Assembly: GCF_964213995.1 (NCBI RefSeq)
Contig: NC_135809.1
Span: 38,130,001 to 38,194,000 of the forward strand
Length of the DNA: 64,000 nucleotides
Direction: 5' to 3'
Source: Mustelus asterias
Lineage: Eukaryota
How positions within the stretch are numbered: the first letter of the stretch is position 1; the number at the start of each line of letters is the position of its first letter. A program made the translations under genes and the position numbers. The notes below the pieces were generated by a model. That model searched no databases, had not been told where the DNA came from, and saw only the letters and a program-made list of their open reading frames with translations. This document shows, piece by piece, positions 1 to 12,927 of the stretch.

Positions 1-375
1 TTTGGTACTTCTATGTAACATTGCTCAACTTCACCCTGTCACAGCTCAGTGCTGATAAAATCCTCATCTATGCCTTCATTACCTCTAGACTTGACTATGT
101 CAATGAAATACTGACTGAATTCACACAGTCTCTTCAATTACCTTGAGGTCATCTGAAACTCTGCTGCCCACATCTTAACTCACAGCTATTTCTTGCCCAT
201 TCCTCTATCATCAACTGTGCTCACAGACCTACAGTTTGACAGAAGCCAATAACTTGATTTTAAAATTCTCATTATTGTTTTCAAAGTCCTCCAGGGCCTT
301 ACCCCTCCCTATATCAATAATCTCCTCCAATGCCACAACCCTTGGTGAGCTACCTGCACTCCTCCAATTCTGGCT
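1..375 (+). mobile_element. Degraded L2-type LINE 3' fragment
   Basis: 'ctcatctatgccttcattacctctagacttgactat' encodes LIYAFITSRLDY, typical of the L2 ORF2 C-terminus; stops and frameshifts present. Confidence 0.55.
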
Positions 376-1260
376 TATTGTGCAAAATAGAAATGTGTGT
401 GTGAAGAGGACAGAGTCTGCAAAGAGGTTAAATGAGTGGACAACAAGACAGATGGAATTATAATGTGGTGGAGTGTGAGATTCTTCACTTTGATTGTAAT
501 AGAAAAGTAGATTTTATTTTAAAGTGTGAACCTTGATAATCGGAAAGACTTGGGTGTGCTAGTGCAAGGGAATCAAAACAATTTACTGCAAGAGTACTGG
601 GGTACAGGAAGAAAGTCTTGCTACAATTGTACAAGTTGTTTGGCAAGACTACACACTTGGAATATTGTATGTTACGGGGATAGGACAGGACCTGGGTGGA
701 ATTGTTGTCGGTGTAGGCTCGATGGGCCAAATGGCCTCTTTTTGCACTGTAGATAATGATTCTATGTAGTTTTGGTCTCTGTATTTAAGGATGAATATAC
801 TTGCATTGGAGGTGGTAAAACAAAGATTCACTAGATTGGTCCCTGGTGTAAGAGGATTGTCCTATAGTGGGAGGCGGTGTAAATTGTCCCTATATTCTCC
901 ACAGATTAGAACAATGAGAGGTGATCTCATTAAATCATACAAAATTCAAGAGTCTGACGGGGTTAACACAGAATTTTTTTCTGCTGGCATCGAAATCTAA
1001 AACACAGGGATAGTGTGTCAATCATTTAAGACTAAGATGAGAACAAATTTCTTCACTTAAAAAGGTGTGGATCTTTGAAATTCTCTACTCCAAAGAATTG
1101 TGGTTGCTCCATTGTTGATTATATTTAAGGCTAAGATAGACAGATTCTTGGTCAGAGAATCAAAGGATATGGGGAATGGGCTGGAAAGTGGAGTTAAAGC
1201 TCAAGATCAGCCATGATCACACTGAATAGCAGAACAGGTTCAACAAGGGCAACAGGAATA
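376..1260 (+). mobile_element. Degraded CR1 LINE 3' fragment with an inserted SINE tail (~670-766)
   Basis: ORF 791-1000 ILALEVVKQRFTRLVPG...RGDLIKSYKI is the CR1 ORF2 C-terminus. Confidence 0.75.
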
Positions 1261-1383
1261 AAAAGATATACTGATAGGGTTAGATGGTAGGGCTGAAAGA
1301 GGTTTGTGTGACAAAGAACAGCTGGGCCAAATGGTCTCTGTGCTGTAATTTTATACAATTATGTAATTCACACAAAGAGTGAG

Positions 1384-1937
1384 AAGAACATAAGAAATAG
1401 GAGCAGGAGTAGGCCATCTAGCCCCTCAAGCCTGCTCCGCCATTCAATAAGATCATGGCTGATCTGATGGTGGGTTCAGTTCCACTTACCCGCCCGCTCC
1501 CCATAACCCTTAATTCCCTTAATGGTTAAAAATCTGTGACTTAAACACATTTAACGAGGTAGCCTCTACTGTTTCATTGGGCAGAGAATTCCAAAGATTC
1601 ACTACCCTCTGGGAGAAGAAGTTCCTCCTCAACTCTGTTCTAAATTGACTCCCCCGTATTTTGAGGCTATGCCCCCTAGCTCTTGTTTCCATTGTAAGTG
1701 GAAATAACCTCGCTGCTTCTACCCTGTCTAGCCCCTTCATTATCTTATATGTTTCTATAAGATCTCCCCTCAACCTTCTAAACTCCAATGAGTACAGGCC
1801 CAGTCTACTCAATCTCTCCTCATAAGCTAACCCCCTCATCTCTGGAATCAACCTGGTGAACCTTCTCTGTACCCCCTCCAAAGCTAATATATCCTTTCTT
1901 AAATAAGGGGACCAAAATTGTACACAGTACTCTAGGT
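1384..1937 (-). mobile_element. Young CR1 LINE, 5'-truncated 3' end
   Basis: ORF 1519-1989 HLEYCVQFWSPYLRKDILALEGVQRRFTRLIP...; TTCTTATG-type tail; closely similar to copies at 5258-8220 and 28347-29896. Confidence 0.92.
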
Positions 1938-3099
1938 GATCATAAGCATTAACTTCCATGTGTGGTCTCAACATTGAAAGCTGCTTCATGACTTCACAAA
2001 ATATCAGAGCTTCAAAACCATTATGACATCAGTTATTATAAATACTACACATTGTTTTTTGATATTAAGTGAAATGCCTTAATATCTTGTACAGTCCAGG
2101 TTATGGCATCACAATAACTTGGTATTACTAGGGATACATGTATGATGTAAAGGGTTTGTAACAATAAAAATGTCACAATAAACACAATGGATAGAACAGA
2201 AATGTTACAAATGGAAGCACACCGTCCTCTAACCACCATCTCTTTAATTAGTCAGCTCCAGTTTAATTTGGCAGATGGAAATTAAGTATAAATAGCCCAC
2301 ACAGAATTATCAATTACAAAAACTCCATCTGAAAGTTTCTCTAGTTGTCTATCCCTGAAAACTAAATTCATAAATAGTTCAATTTTATTATTTCTACAAT
2401 GTGGGTAACTAAATCTTAAACACAAACAATAAAGCTACAATTCGCAACAAAACCTCAAAGATTAGCCGCTGAGTCATAACATTATCAACTTTATCATGGA
2501 CCAATGGGATACAGTTGTTTAACATTCCAGTCATAGCAGTATTTAGAGAGTGTCCAAAGGAACACATTTATAATGGACGCTCACTCAGAGCCAGACACCC
2601 AGAATTAATTCATAGTTTTGGACTAAGAATTGTAACTGGTATCCACCCATAAATGATTTGAAGATTGTGCCAGTCAAAAGAACTCCACGTTACAAAACTG
2701 ACTTTAATATTTTCAAAACTATTCAAACTAAGGAACGTTGCAAATGGATTTATTAACATGTTTTATAAAGGTTATCAAAGCAACAAGAGACAACACAAGT
2801 GCTGCAAAGTCTTGTGCAAATTAAGTTTATGTAGTAAAGTAACAGGGGAAGAAAACTCAACATAAAAGTCCTGTCTTCCCAGTTGTTGCACTGCATTTAT
2901 GCACCGACAATTTTTTTTAAAAAGATCAGAAATGGGAAAGGAAATCGGCAGTATAAGAGGATTTTGTACTAAAATCGCCGCGCCTTCTGATGTGCAAGAG
3001 TGGCAAATAGCCCCGAATATTGCACACAGTGGAAAATCCACACATTAACGACAAATGTTTGTCCAAAACTCAGTGGGGGAGTGCAGACATCCGATTAAA

Positions 3100-3485
3100 G
3101 TCATGCAGAGGCAGCCCAGCACACGGGCGGAGATACTGCGGGGCTCAGACTGCTGAATAAAGCAACCATTACCCCGCTCCCCAGGCCCACCCTCACCCTC
3201 CCGGCCGCTCTTCCTCTACCTGACGCTGTAATAGGACATCTCTGGGCGCCCGTTGCTATGGTGCTGGCGGCCCCGCTGCTGCCTCCCGCTCCCCGCTCCG
3301 TCACTCAACTTGCACTCACTCCAGCAGCCCGGGCCCCCTTAGCAACGCACCCTCCAACAAAAACCATTCCCATTGGTCCCCCCTCTCTCCTCACGTCATC
3401 CCATTCAGCCCTCGGATCAAAGTCCCGGTCTGAAGCCAGTCCCCTGAGGATTATCCGCCAGATTTCCCCCCCCCCCCCCCCCCCA
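3100..3485 (-). promoter_or_regulatory. CpG-island promoter with RFX X-box-like, CCAAT and CRE-like motifs (probable TULP3 promoter)
   Basis: GC/CpG-rich; GTTGCTATGGTGCT at 3252-3265; CCCCTTAGCAAC at 3335-3346; ATTGG at 3372-3376; TCACGTCA at 3391-3398; C19 run at 3466-3484. Confidence 0.6.
3220..3239 (-). CDS. TULP3: Putative first coding exon of tubby-related protein 3 (MSYYSV + 2 nt); gene continues off the left edge
   Basis: ATG TCC TAT TAC AGC GTC AG|GTAGAG gives a phase-2 donor, as I recall for the short first exons of TUB/TULP3; lies in a CpG island downstream of RHNO1 on the same strand, as in human. Identity rests mostly on synteny. Confidence 0.45.
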
Positions 3486-3869
3486 AAAAGTCTGGGAACT
3501 CATCCCACTCACTGGGTGATGTTTATACAGTTAATGGACAATGTGTTCAGGGTTATCTTCGTGCTTGTGGGCGGCTCCCCTCTGGCCTGGCTTGCGGACA
3601 GAGCTTCAGACTGCACTGCTGCAATGGAGACCCTGGCAGGAGCTTTGAACAACCAGGAGACAATGCACAGGCTATCTGACTGCTCCAGTCGATTTGGTAA
3701 ATGTTACGAACAAATATCCAGCCTATAAAGTGATTTCTGATAGACTAGCTCTTTTAAAGATAATGCTCCATTGTTCTGGATGTCCCCGCCATACACCCAA
3801 CTGCATCTATCCCACCGAACCCCTTTATAGTTCTAACACTTCTAAACCCAAGGGACTATAAACCAAGTT

Positions 3870-4166
3870 TCATAGAATCCCTACGGTGCAGGAGGAGGCT
3901 ATTCAGCCCATCGAGTCTGCACTGACAGCAATCCCACCCAGAGCCCATCCCTGTAACCCCCCTCCTAACCTCCCTGAAACTAAGGGGCAATTTAGCAATG
4001 CCAATCCACCAAACCCACACATCTTTGGAGTGTGGGAGGAAACTGGAGCACCTGGAGGAAACCCATGCAGACAAGGGGAGAACGTGCAAACTCCAGTCAC
4101 CCAAAGCCAAAATTAAACCTGGATTCCTGTGAAGCAGCAGTGCTAACCACTGTGCCACCATGCCGT
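3870..4166 (-). mobile_element. HE1/V-SINE-like tRNA-derived SINE
   Basis: Reverse complement has the head GGCATGGTGGCACAGTGGTTAGCACTGCTGC, the body GTTTGCACGTTCTCCCC and a GATTCTATG tail. Confidence 0.85.
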
Positions 4167-4387
4167 CTAAATTTATGCAACTCATTCTCACATACTAAGC
4201 CTGGGTACACTGGACATGGGGAAGAGGTTTCCATTAGTAGGAGAGACTAGGATCCAAGGGCACAACCTCAGAGTAAAGGGACAACCCTTTAGAACCGAGA
4301 TAAGGAGGAATTTCTTCAGGCAGAGGGTGATGAATCTCTGGAATTCATTGCCACAGAAGGTTGTGGTCGCCGGACAGAGATAGATAA

Positions 4388-4667
4388 AAGTTTAAAGTTT
4401 ATTTATTAGTCACAAGTAGGCTTACATTCACACTGAAATGAAGTTACTGTGAAAGTCCCCTAGTCGCCACATTCTGGCGCCTGTTCAGATACACTGAGGG
4501 AGAATTTAGTATGGCCATTTCACCTAACCTGCACATCTGTGGAGTGTGGAAGGAAACCCACAGACACAGGGAGAATGCGCAAACTCCACACAGACAGTGA
4601 CCCAAGCTGGGGATCAAACCCAGGTCCCTGGTGCTGTGAGGCAGCAGTGCTAACCACTGTGCCGCCC
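4388..4667 (-). mobile_element. HE1-like SINE with alternative tail (...GCCTACTTGTGACTAATAAATAAAC), inside a CR1 fragment
   Basis: Same tRNA head and V-like body, different 3' tail. Confidence 0.8.
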
Positions 4668-5257
4668 CAATAGATAGGTTTTCTGGCTTGACTGGATGGC
4701 TGATTCAAACTGCATCTTTTCCCAGCCCAGAGCTGTTTTTAAGAGATCTTCCTTGCACAAGCCAACCCCGAAGCTCCCCACTAACTTTCAAATACATTCT
4801 CTTCCACTGCCCCCCCCTCCCCTCCCCTCCCCCCACCCCTTTCACCTCAGGCTCCATTGTTCTCACACCTCTTTGAAACTCAAATCTTTCTGAATATGAA
4901 ATCTTTCCTATTTCTATTTTGTCTCTGCTTTCAGGACAATAAAATATAACGAACCCTCTTCTGTTTACCCTCCTGTAAGCTGCAATGTTTCTTGTCATCA
5001 CTGACTTTCCTTTGATATTCAAACAAACTCTCAACTTACCTAAAAATTTAAATGTCTGATCCAACCTATTTACTTGTACCTCAATCCCAATCTCTTATTA
5101 CAAATGCACAAACCAACATCTGTATCCTTTAATGTCTTAAACCTCTCGAGTAACTTTCCCCAGCTTAATTAAATCAATTACACTCACACACACAGACTTC
5201 TTCATAAGCACACAATATCCCCCCAAAGGTATTTTGAAACATCCATTCTCACAGTGG

Positions 5258-8220
5258 TTAAGAACATAAGAAATAGGAGCAGGAGGAGGCCATCGAGCCC
5301 CTCGAGCCTGCCCCGCCATTCGATAAGATCATGGCTGATCTGAAGTGGATCAGTTCCACTTACCCGCCTGATCCCTATAACCCCTAATTCCCTTACCGAT
5401 CAGGAATCCATCGATCCGTGATTTAAACATATTCAACGAGGTAGCCTCCACCACTTCAGTGGGCAGAGAATTCCAGAGATTCACCACCCTCTGAGAGAAG
5501 AAGTTCCTCCTCAACTCTGTCCTAAACTGACCCCTCTTTATTTTGAGGCTGTGCCCTCTAGTTCTGGTTTCCTTTCTAAGTGGAAACAATCTCTCCACCT
5601 CTACCCTATCCAGCCCCTTCATTATCTTATAGGTCTCTATAAGATCCCCCCTCAGCCTTCTAAATTCCAACAAGTACAAACCCAATCTGCTCAGTCTCTC
5701 CTCATAATCAACACCCTTCATCTCTGGTATCAACCTGGTGAACCTTCTCTGCACTCCCTCCAAGGCCAATATATCCTTCTGCAAATAAGGGGACCAATAC
5801 TGCACACAGTATTCCAGCTGCGGCCTCACCAATGCCCTGTACAGATGCAGCAAGACATCTCTGCTTTTATATTCTATCCCCCTTGCGATATAGGCCAACA
5901 TCCCATTTGCCTTCTTGATCACCTGTTGCACCTGCAGACTGGGTTTTTGCGTCTCATGCACAAGGGCCCCCAGGTCCCTTTGCACTGTAGCATGTTGTAA
6001 TTTTTTTTCCATTTAGATAATAATCCAATTTGCTATTATTTCCTCCAAAGTGAATAACCTCGCATTTGTCAACGTTATACACCATCTGCCAGATCCTCGC
6101 CCACTCACTCAGCCTGTCCAAATCATAGAAACCCTACAGTACAGAAAGAGGCCATTTGGCCCATCGAGTCTGCACCGACCACAATCCCACCCAGGCCCTA
6201 CCCCCATATCCCTACATATTTTACCCACTAATCCCTCTAATCTACGCATCCCAGGACACTAAGGGGCAATTTTAGCATGGCCAATCAACCTAACCCGCAC
6301 ATCTTTGGACTGTGGGAGGAAACCGGAGGAAACCCACGCAGACACGAGGAGAATGTGCAAACTCCACACAGACAGTGACCCAATTCGGGAATCGAACCCA
6401 GGTCCCTGGAGCTGTGAAGCAGCAGTGCGAACCATTGTGCTACCGTGCCGCCCCTCTCTGCAGACCCTCTACGCCGACCCTCTACGCCCTCCACACGATT
6501 CACTTTTCCACTTATCTTTGTGTCGTCTGCAAACTTTGTTACCCTACACTCAGTCCCCTCCTCCAGATAGTCTATATAAATGGTAAATAGTTGAGGCCCC
6601 AGTACCGATCCCTGTGGCACACCACTAGTTACCATCTGCCAACCAGAAAAGCACCCATTTATTCCGACTCTCTGCTTCCTGTCGGATAGCCAATCCCCAA
6701 TCCACGCTAACACCCTACCCCCAACTCCGTGTGACCCAATCTTCTTCAGCAACCTTTTGTGAGGCACCTTATCAAACTCCTTTTGGAAATCCAAAAACAC
6801 CGCATCCACCGGTTCCCCTCCGTCAACCGCACTAGTCACATCTTCATAAAAATCCAACAAGTTTGTCAAGCACGACTTTCCCCTCATGAATCCATGCTGC
6901 GTCTGCTTAATCGAACCATTCTTATCCAGATGGCCTGCTATTTCTTCTTTAATGATGGATTCCAGCATTTTCCCAACTACAGACGTTAAGCTAACCGGCC
7001 TGTAGTTACCCGCCTTTTGTCTATTTCCTTTTTTAAACAGCGGCGTAACATTAGCCGTTTTCCAATCCGCCGGCACTACCCCAGAATCCAACGAATTTTG
7101 ATAAATAACCACTAACGCATCCGCTATTACCTCTGACATTTCTTTCAGTATCCTGGGATGCATTCCATCTGGGCCCAGGGACTTGTCCACCTTCAGTCCC
7201 GTTAGTCTACCAAGCACTGCCTCCCTGGTAACATTAATTGTATTGAGTACCTCTCCTCCTACCAACCCTCTATCGGTAAACTATTTGTGTCTTCCACCGT
7301 GAAGACCGACACAAAAAACTTATTTAAAGCTTCAGCCATTTCCTCATTTCCCACTATTAAATCCCCCCTCTAAGGGTCCAACATTCACTCTTGCCACTCT
7401 ATTCCTTTTTATATATTTGTAAAAGCTTTTACTATCATTTTTTATATTTAGAGCTAGCCTAGCTTCATAACCTATCTTTCCTTTCTTTATCGCTTTCTTA
7501 GTCATTCTTTGTTGTTTCTTAAAGTTTTCCCAATCTTCCGATTCTCCACTATTTTTGGCCACTCTGTACGCATCGGTCTTTAATACTCTCCTTAATTTCC
7601 TTTTTTATCCACGGCTGGTTATCCCTTTTCTTAGTCCTTCTTTATCACCGGAATATATTGTTGCTGAGTACTGAAAAGGATCTCCTTAAAAATCCTCCAC
7701 TGTTCCTCAGCTGTCCTATCTACCAGTCTGCTCTCCCAGTCCACCTTAGCCAATTCAGCCCTCATCCTATCGTACTTCCCTCTGTTCAAACAGAGGACAC
7801 TGGTATGGGACCCTACTTTCTCCTCTTCCATTTGTATCAGAAATCCGTCCATATTGTGATCACTTGACCCAAGAGGGTCTTTCACAAGAACATCCTTAAT
7901 TCTACCTACCTCGTTACACATTACCAGATCTAAGATAGCTCGTTCCCTCGTCGGTACTGTAACATACTGTTCAAGGTAGCTATCCCGACAGCATTCTAAG
8001 AACTCTTCCTCCATCCCACCCCTTCCAACTTAAGTCAGCCAATCAATATGCAGGTTGAAGTCCCCCATGATTATTGCCGTTCTGTTTTTGCACGCACCCA
8101 TTATTTGCTTGTTTATAGCCCTCCCCACCTCAACATTATTATTTGGGGGCCTATAGACCACGCCTACTAGTGTCTTTCTTCCCCTACTATTCCTTATCTC
8201 TACCCATAACGATTCCACGT
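5258..8220 (-). mobile_element. Long CR1 LINE ORF2 (APE endonuclease + reverse transcriptase), disrupted; SINE inserted at ~6125-6452
   Basis: EN motifs VGVVYRPP and IIMGDFN (8030-8227); RT motifs [40 protein letters not shown] (6285-7265); C-terminus 5350-6012. Confidence 0.95.
6125..6452 (-). mobile_element. Young HE1-like SINE nested in the CR1 RT
   Basis: Nearly identical to the copy at 49168-49517; interrupts the RT frame. Confidence 0.9.
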
Positions 8221-8221
8221 T

Positions 8222-9560
8222 AATCAAAAGATGAAGCGCTGTTCCGTAATTTTCTGTTCAGCTCCATTGGAACACTGCATGAAGCCAAGAGAAGGCATTT
8301 GGAATGCTGGCTTTTATTTCAAGGGGGCTGAAATATAAGGTGTTGCTGAAACTATACAAGGTAGCAGTGAGACCACATTTAGAATACAATGTACAGTTTT
8401 GGTCGCCTTATTTAAGGGAAGATATTATCTTGAAGGCAGCACAGAGGAGGTTTACTAGGATGATCCAAGTATGGAGGGGCTGCCATATGAGGAAAGATTA
8501 AACAGGTTGGGGGCTATACTCCTTGGAGTTCAGAAGAATGAGAGGTGATATGATTGAAACATATAAAATGCTTAGAGGGGTATACAAGGTAAATGTTGGG
8601 AGGATATTTCCAATCATGGGTTAGCACCAGAGGACATAGTCACATAATAAGGTGGTGCTCATTTAAGATGGATTTAACGAAGAATTTCTTTTCTCAAGAG
8701 TGGTGAATCTTAGGAATTTTTTACCCCAGGATGCTGTGGAGACCGAGTTTTTGAACCTTTTCAAGGCTGAGAACGATATGTTTTTAATCATATGGGGAAG
8801 AATTACAGAGATGAAGCAGGAAAATGGACTTAGTGAGAGATCAGGAATGATATTAAATTGCAGAGTAGACTTGAAGGGATGAATGGCGTACTCCTGTTCC
8901 TATTTCTATGGCTTAAGGACAGGGAGATCAGTGAGAGAGCAAGGTGGAGAATTAAATGACGAGTAGTCAGAGCTTGGGGTTATGCTTGTGGACTGAACGA
9001 AGGTGGTCTGCAAAAGTCACCCAATCTATATTTGATTCTTCTTTATAGAGCAAACTGTGAGACACCAGGAAATACAGTATATTAAATTGAAGGAAGTGCA
9101 TGTAAAACATTGTTTACCTGCAATCAGTGTTTACGGCCTTGGATGTTGAGTAGATAGGAGCTAAAATGGCAGGTTGCATTTCCACTTACATGGAAAAGTA
9201 TTTGAGGATCAGGAACAGAGTGTCACAGAGTGAACAATCCCTTCAGAATTCTGAGGATGAAAAGATGTGTTTAGTCACAATGTGGGTGGTGAGGGAAGAG
9301 TGTGGGGGGGGGGTGGAGAAAGGTGGCAGCAGTAGAAATGGCAAAGGGTTTGATTTATTGAATACATAAGCTAGTAAGTGGAAGATGAGCTCAAAAAGAA
9401 CCATACATTGGTTCTGAGAGGGAGAGGAAAGGAGAGAAGTAGTGTGGGAAAAGGGACAGACAGGATCACAGGCCATGTCAATCATGGAAAGAGAAATCCT
9501 CAGTTGATGAAAAGGAAGATAAATCAGAAGGGCTGGTATGGAAAGTTGCTGTGCTGAGGC
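8222..9560 (-). mobile_element. Degraded Penelope-like element (GIY-YIG endonuclease region), interrupted by a + strand CR1 fragment at ~8296-8912
   Basis: Minus-strand remnants resembling KHIF...SLCDTL, RLGDFCRP and LGFMQC...EQKITEQRFIF, typical of the Penelope ORF C-terminus. Confidence 0.5.
8296..8912 (+). mobile_element. Degraded CR1 3' fragment
   Basis: ORF 8304-8501 LYKVAVRPHLEYNVQFWSPY; ORF 8700-8882. Confidence 0.8.
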
Positions 9561-9999
9561 ACCATATGGAAGCAGTTCTCAGGGAGATATTTATGAAGTT
9601 CATGACACTTCAGCTTGGTCTCACTCACTTCCCAGCATGCAGTTTAGGAATGCTATATGCTGATTGAAAATATTATATGTAGAGGTGTGGTAGTTTATTT
9701 TCACGCTCGAGTCAAAATAGCTGGACATTGGCACCTTTCAATAAACCGCACACTTTATCAATTTATTTCTATAAAATCTGGGTCAAACCAGCCTGAATGG
9801 CTGAGTGCATTTATCAAGTAAATGGCTGAGTCATACATACAAGACCTAAATTCAATGTTTCGCTCACTAAGCTATGATAGAAATTACTGCTATTGGCCTC
9901 AGCATACCGGTTAGAGAAATGAAAAATTGCCAGAGTGTCTGAACCTGACTGCTTCCTGGCTAACTGCCCACCTAACTCACTCCTTAAACTTGAGCTTAT

Positions 10000-10525
10000 G
10001 CAAATATTCTGCTGGTCATGTCCTAATTCATACCAAGTGCCACTCACCCATTTTGTTGGCCTACTTTGGCTTTCGTCTGGCAATGTTCCAACTCTCAGCT
10101 GTGTGTTCAAATCCTTTCATGGCCTTACCCCTCCACATCTCTAACTTCCTCCAGCCCTGCGGCTCAGATTTCTACACCTTAAAGGACACTATATGCCGGC
10201 CTAGCCAGTGATGCCGACATCAAGTAAAAAAATGAATTTTTAAAAATATTAAAACTCCTTCAATTCTAGCTTCTTGCACATCCCTGATTTCCTTCATGCC
10301 AACACTACTTTCAGCTGCCTACATTATTAGCTCTGAAATGTACTCTCAACCTCTCTGCCTTTCTTTCCAAATTGATCCTTAAAACCTGCCTATTTGACCA
10401 AACCTTTGGTCACCTGTCCTAATCGCTGAAGCTCAGTGTCAAAGTTTGTTTGAAAACACTCCCATGAAGCTCCTTGGGATATTTTACTATGTTACAGGCT
10501 CTGTAAATGCAAATTGTTTGTGTTG
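10000..10525 (+). mobile_element. Degraded L2-type LINE 3' end
   Basis: Tail 'ttgggatattttactatgttacaggctctgtaaatgcaaattgtttg' and a PILL..L.WL-like remnant. Confidence 0.5.
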
Positions 10526-12072
10526 GAGACATTACAATGATACAGTTTAGGCTTTCATTGATATTTCTCTATTAAATAGCTGCTGATACTCAACATCAAG
10601 GCTCACACTTCAAAACTATTTAAGCCAAGGTGCTGAAAGCAATTGGCTCACTTTACCACATGGAACCATACCACGGGCAGGAACAAGAGTCAAGAGAGAA
10701 GAACATTGACAAGTAAGCTTTTTTTTAAAGAATTGTACTGAAATTAGTGAATACTTTCCATTATTAATCCTATACAAACATTCTCCTCAATAAGAATTGG
10801 TGGATTGGAGAAAATCTTTGGCCAACAGGAATTTCCTAATCCTTTGTTGCAGAGTGTTTAAACTCTCATCCTTGTGGGTCACAGCTGTGTACCATGGCCC
10901 AACTATAATGTTTAAATCCACATAAATCTGTATACTTCTAAAGTTGCAAATCCAGGTGTTCCGTTTTAGCATTTATCCACCAGCGTGGCAGCAACACTAA
11001 AACCACCAACACCTCCAGGGGCACTAATTCAGAAGACAAACCAAGATATCAGGAATCTATGATCAAATAGGACTGTGTGATGTGGGTTAAGGCCCAGAGA
11101 CAGTGGCCACAGATTGGATATGCTGATTTATTGGATTCTGTTGCAGCTCCTCATTTTCACTTTCGCTACACTAGATATTACTTGTTCTCTAAATGAACAA
11201 TGACATGTCAGGATACTTATAAGATAAGAATTTAAAATATGGGAACTAGGTTGACAGAGATGGTCAATTGATAATTTTTCAACTCCCTACCTCTGAATGG
11301 AGCCTTGAGAGAAATTCACAATGTTGAAATTATACATAAACCTCCGTTCCGCCTGGATTTTTTTGTAATTTTTCATTTTAACGCACATTAAACTGAGGGA
11401 AAGGTAGAGAGATTTGTGTCGGAGGACAAACGTGCCAAAATATTCCCAAATTGTAGTTGTAATTCCAATTTTGGAAGAACATAAAACTACACCAGTATAA
11501 CATTTTTATTTCTCCAATCAGCCACCCACTGACTTGATTCAAATTATCAATTTATTGCCAACTTTGCAGGTATTTTTATATTATGACCCACAATCATTAG
11601 GAATGGTTTGAAATTGACAAATCCATGTGATAGAATTTTTATACTTTGCAGATGGAAGTGACTTTTATTCTAAAAATATGGAATAAAAGGAAAAACGTTT
11701 TAGATCCATAGAAGGGTGATCATTTGAAATACATCACTAATAAAGATATACAACACAGGTTGTTGCAGGCATGAGCCAATTACAATGATTTTTCAGAATG
11801 CCACATCTGAGGCATTTAAAATGGGAGTCTGGCCCTAATGTTGCATTGATTGGATGTGGGGATACTAAAGTCAGGGATTGAGATTTTATATTTTGAACCC
11901 GATGATTGTCAAACTACTGCAGGTCTGGATAAGCTGATTTGACAGCCATAGGTTACAGGGTGATGCTTCTACAAAAGCCCAATACCCAGATAATCATAAT
12001 ACCGATGGTAACATTTAAAATGAACAGGTCACAATTTGCATTACTGATTTCTTTCAATGTGCAGGTGTCTCC

Positions 12073-12915
12073 TTATGTACCAACAAGCACATCGCTACTG
12101 GTTAATTTTCCACAATCTTTCAGCCACTGCATAATGCCTGGCCGTCTTCGCCAGGTTGCTTTGAGTCCATATTCATGCTCAGGAGTGTCTTGTACCCAAA
12201 CGTCAGGAGTCAGGGATTCTTCAGAAGAGTCATTGTTTACTCCAGAGTATGTATCCAAGCTGTCCTCTGGTCTACCATAGGAAGGAATCATATTGTGAAT
12301 GTCAGATCCCCTGTCTCTTAATCTATCAGTACTTTTTCTCATGCTAGCCACTGGAAGTAAGCCATCAATTGTGGGAGTGCTAACTTGTGGCAGGATGAAT
12401 ACCTCATCAAATGATTGAGTAAAATGATCAGAAAGGGAGATCTCCTTATCGCCAGGGTCTGCACTAGTTTGGCGGTTGACACAATACAATGGAGAACTGA
12501 AACTGGAGCATTTCACAGATCTGCAGGGTATATTCCATTCTGTACTCATGGCACCGTTTATTTTACCAACCAAGATGCCCTTTGCCACAGACCCTCGCCT
12601 ACATTTGAGCTTCTGACCCCCAGCGTCCGAATTCTGAGCCCTTGCAACGGAATTGTCATCTCTACCTCCTTGGTAGGTGCTTTCCATACCTGAAGTGTTA
12701 CTTGTTGGCATAATGTTACTTGTTACATCACTGCCCAAAATGGTCAAGGGGACATAATTAACATATGCTTTTCTCACAGCTCCAGGTTTTGGTGCAACAC
12801 TCTGCTTCTTTTTACTGTTCCTATGTTTTGCTGTGCTGTCATAGGTGTTATTTTTGTGTTGTCCTCGTCTTGGTCTTTGAATTGTTGTATCTGAAAATTC
12901 AAACTGTGGCAACAC
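12073..12915 (-). CDS. RHNO1: RHNO1 (RAD9-HUS1-RAD1 interacting nuclear orphan 1) last coding exon
   Basis: Acceptor tcctgtctcttgcag|GTG, phase 0; begins VLPQFE; C-terminus VWVQDTPEHEYGLKATWRRRPGIMQWLKDCGKLTSSDVLV matches the conserved RHINO C-terminal motif. Confidence 0.95.
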   Translation of the reverse strand: MLPQFEFSDTTIQRPRRGQHKNNTYDSTAKHRNSKKKQSVAPKPGAVRKAYVNYVPLTILGSDVTSNIMPTSNTSGMESTYQGGRDDNSVARAQNSDAGGQKLKCRRGSVAKGILVGKINGAMSTEWNIPCRSVKCSSFSSPLYCVNRQTSADPGDKEISLSDHFTQSFDEVFILPQVSTPTIDGLLPVASMRKSTDRLRDRGSDIHNMIPSYGRPEDSLDTYSGVNNDSSEESLTPDVWVQDTPEHEYGLKATWRRRPGIMQWLKDCGKLTSSDVLVGT

Positions 12916-12927
12916 CTGCAAGAGACA

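Noticed and set aside
3258-3728. 156-aa Pro-rich + strand ORF
   Set aside because: Expected by chance in a CpG island with a poly-C tract; no domain recognised
5350-8227. Reverse transcriptase ORFs as a novel retro-system or a domesticated gene
   Set aside because: Standard CR1 ORF2, broken by frameshifts and a SINE
10580-10712. Possible + strand exon (aaatag...CAA|GTAAGC) between TULP3 and RHNO1
   Set aside because: No continuous reading frame or partner exon found; cannot be supported without transcripts
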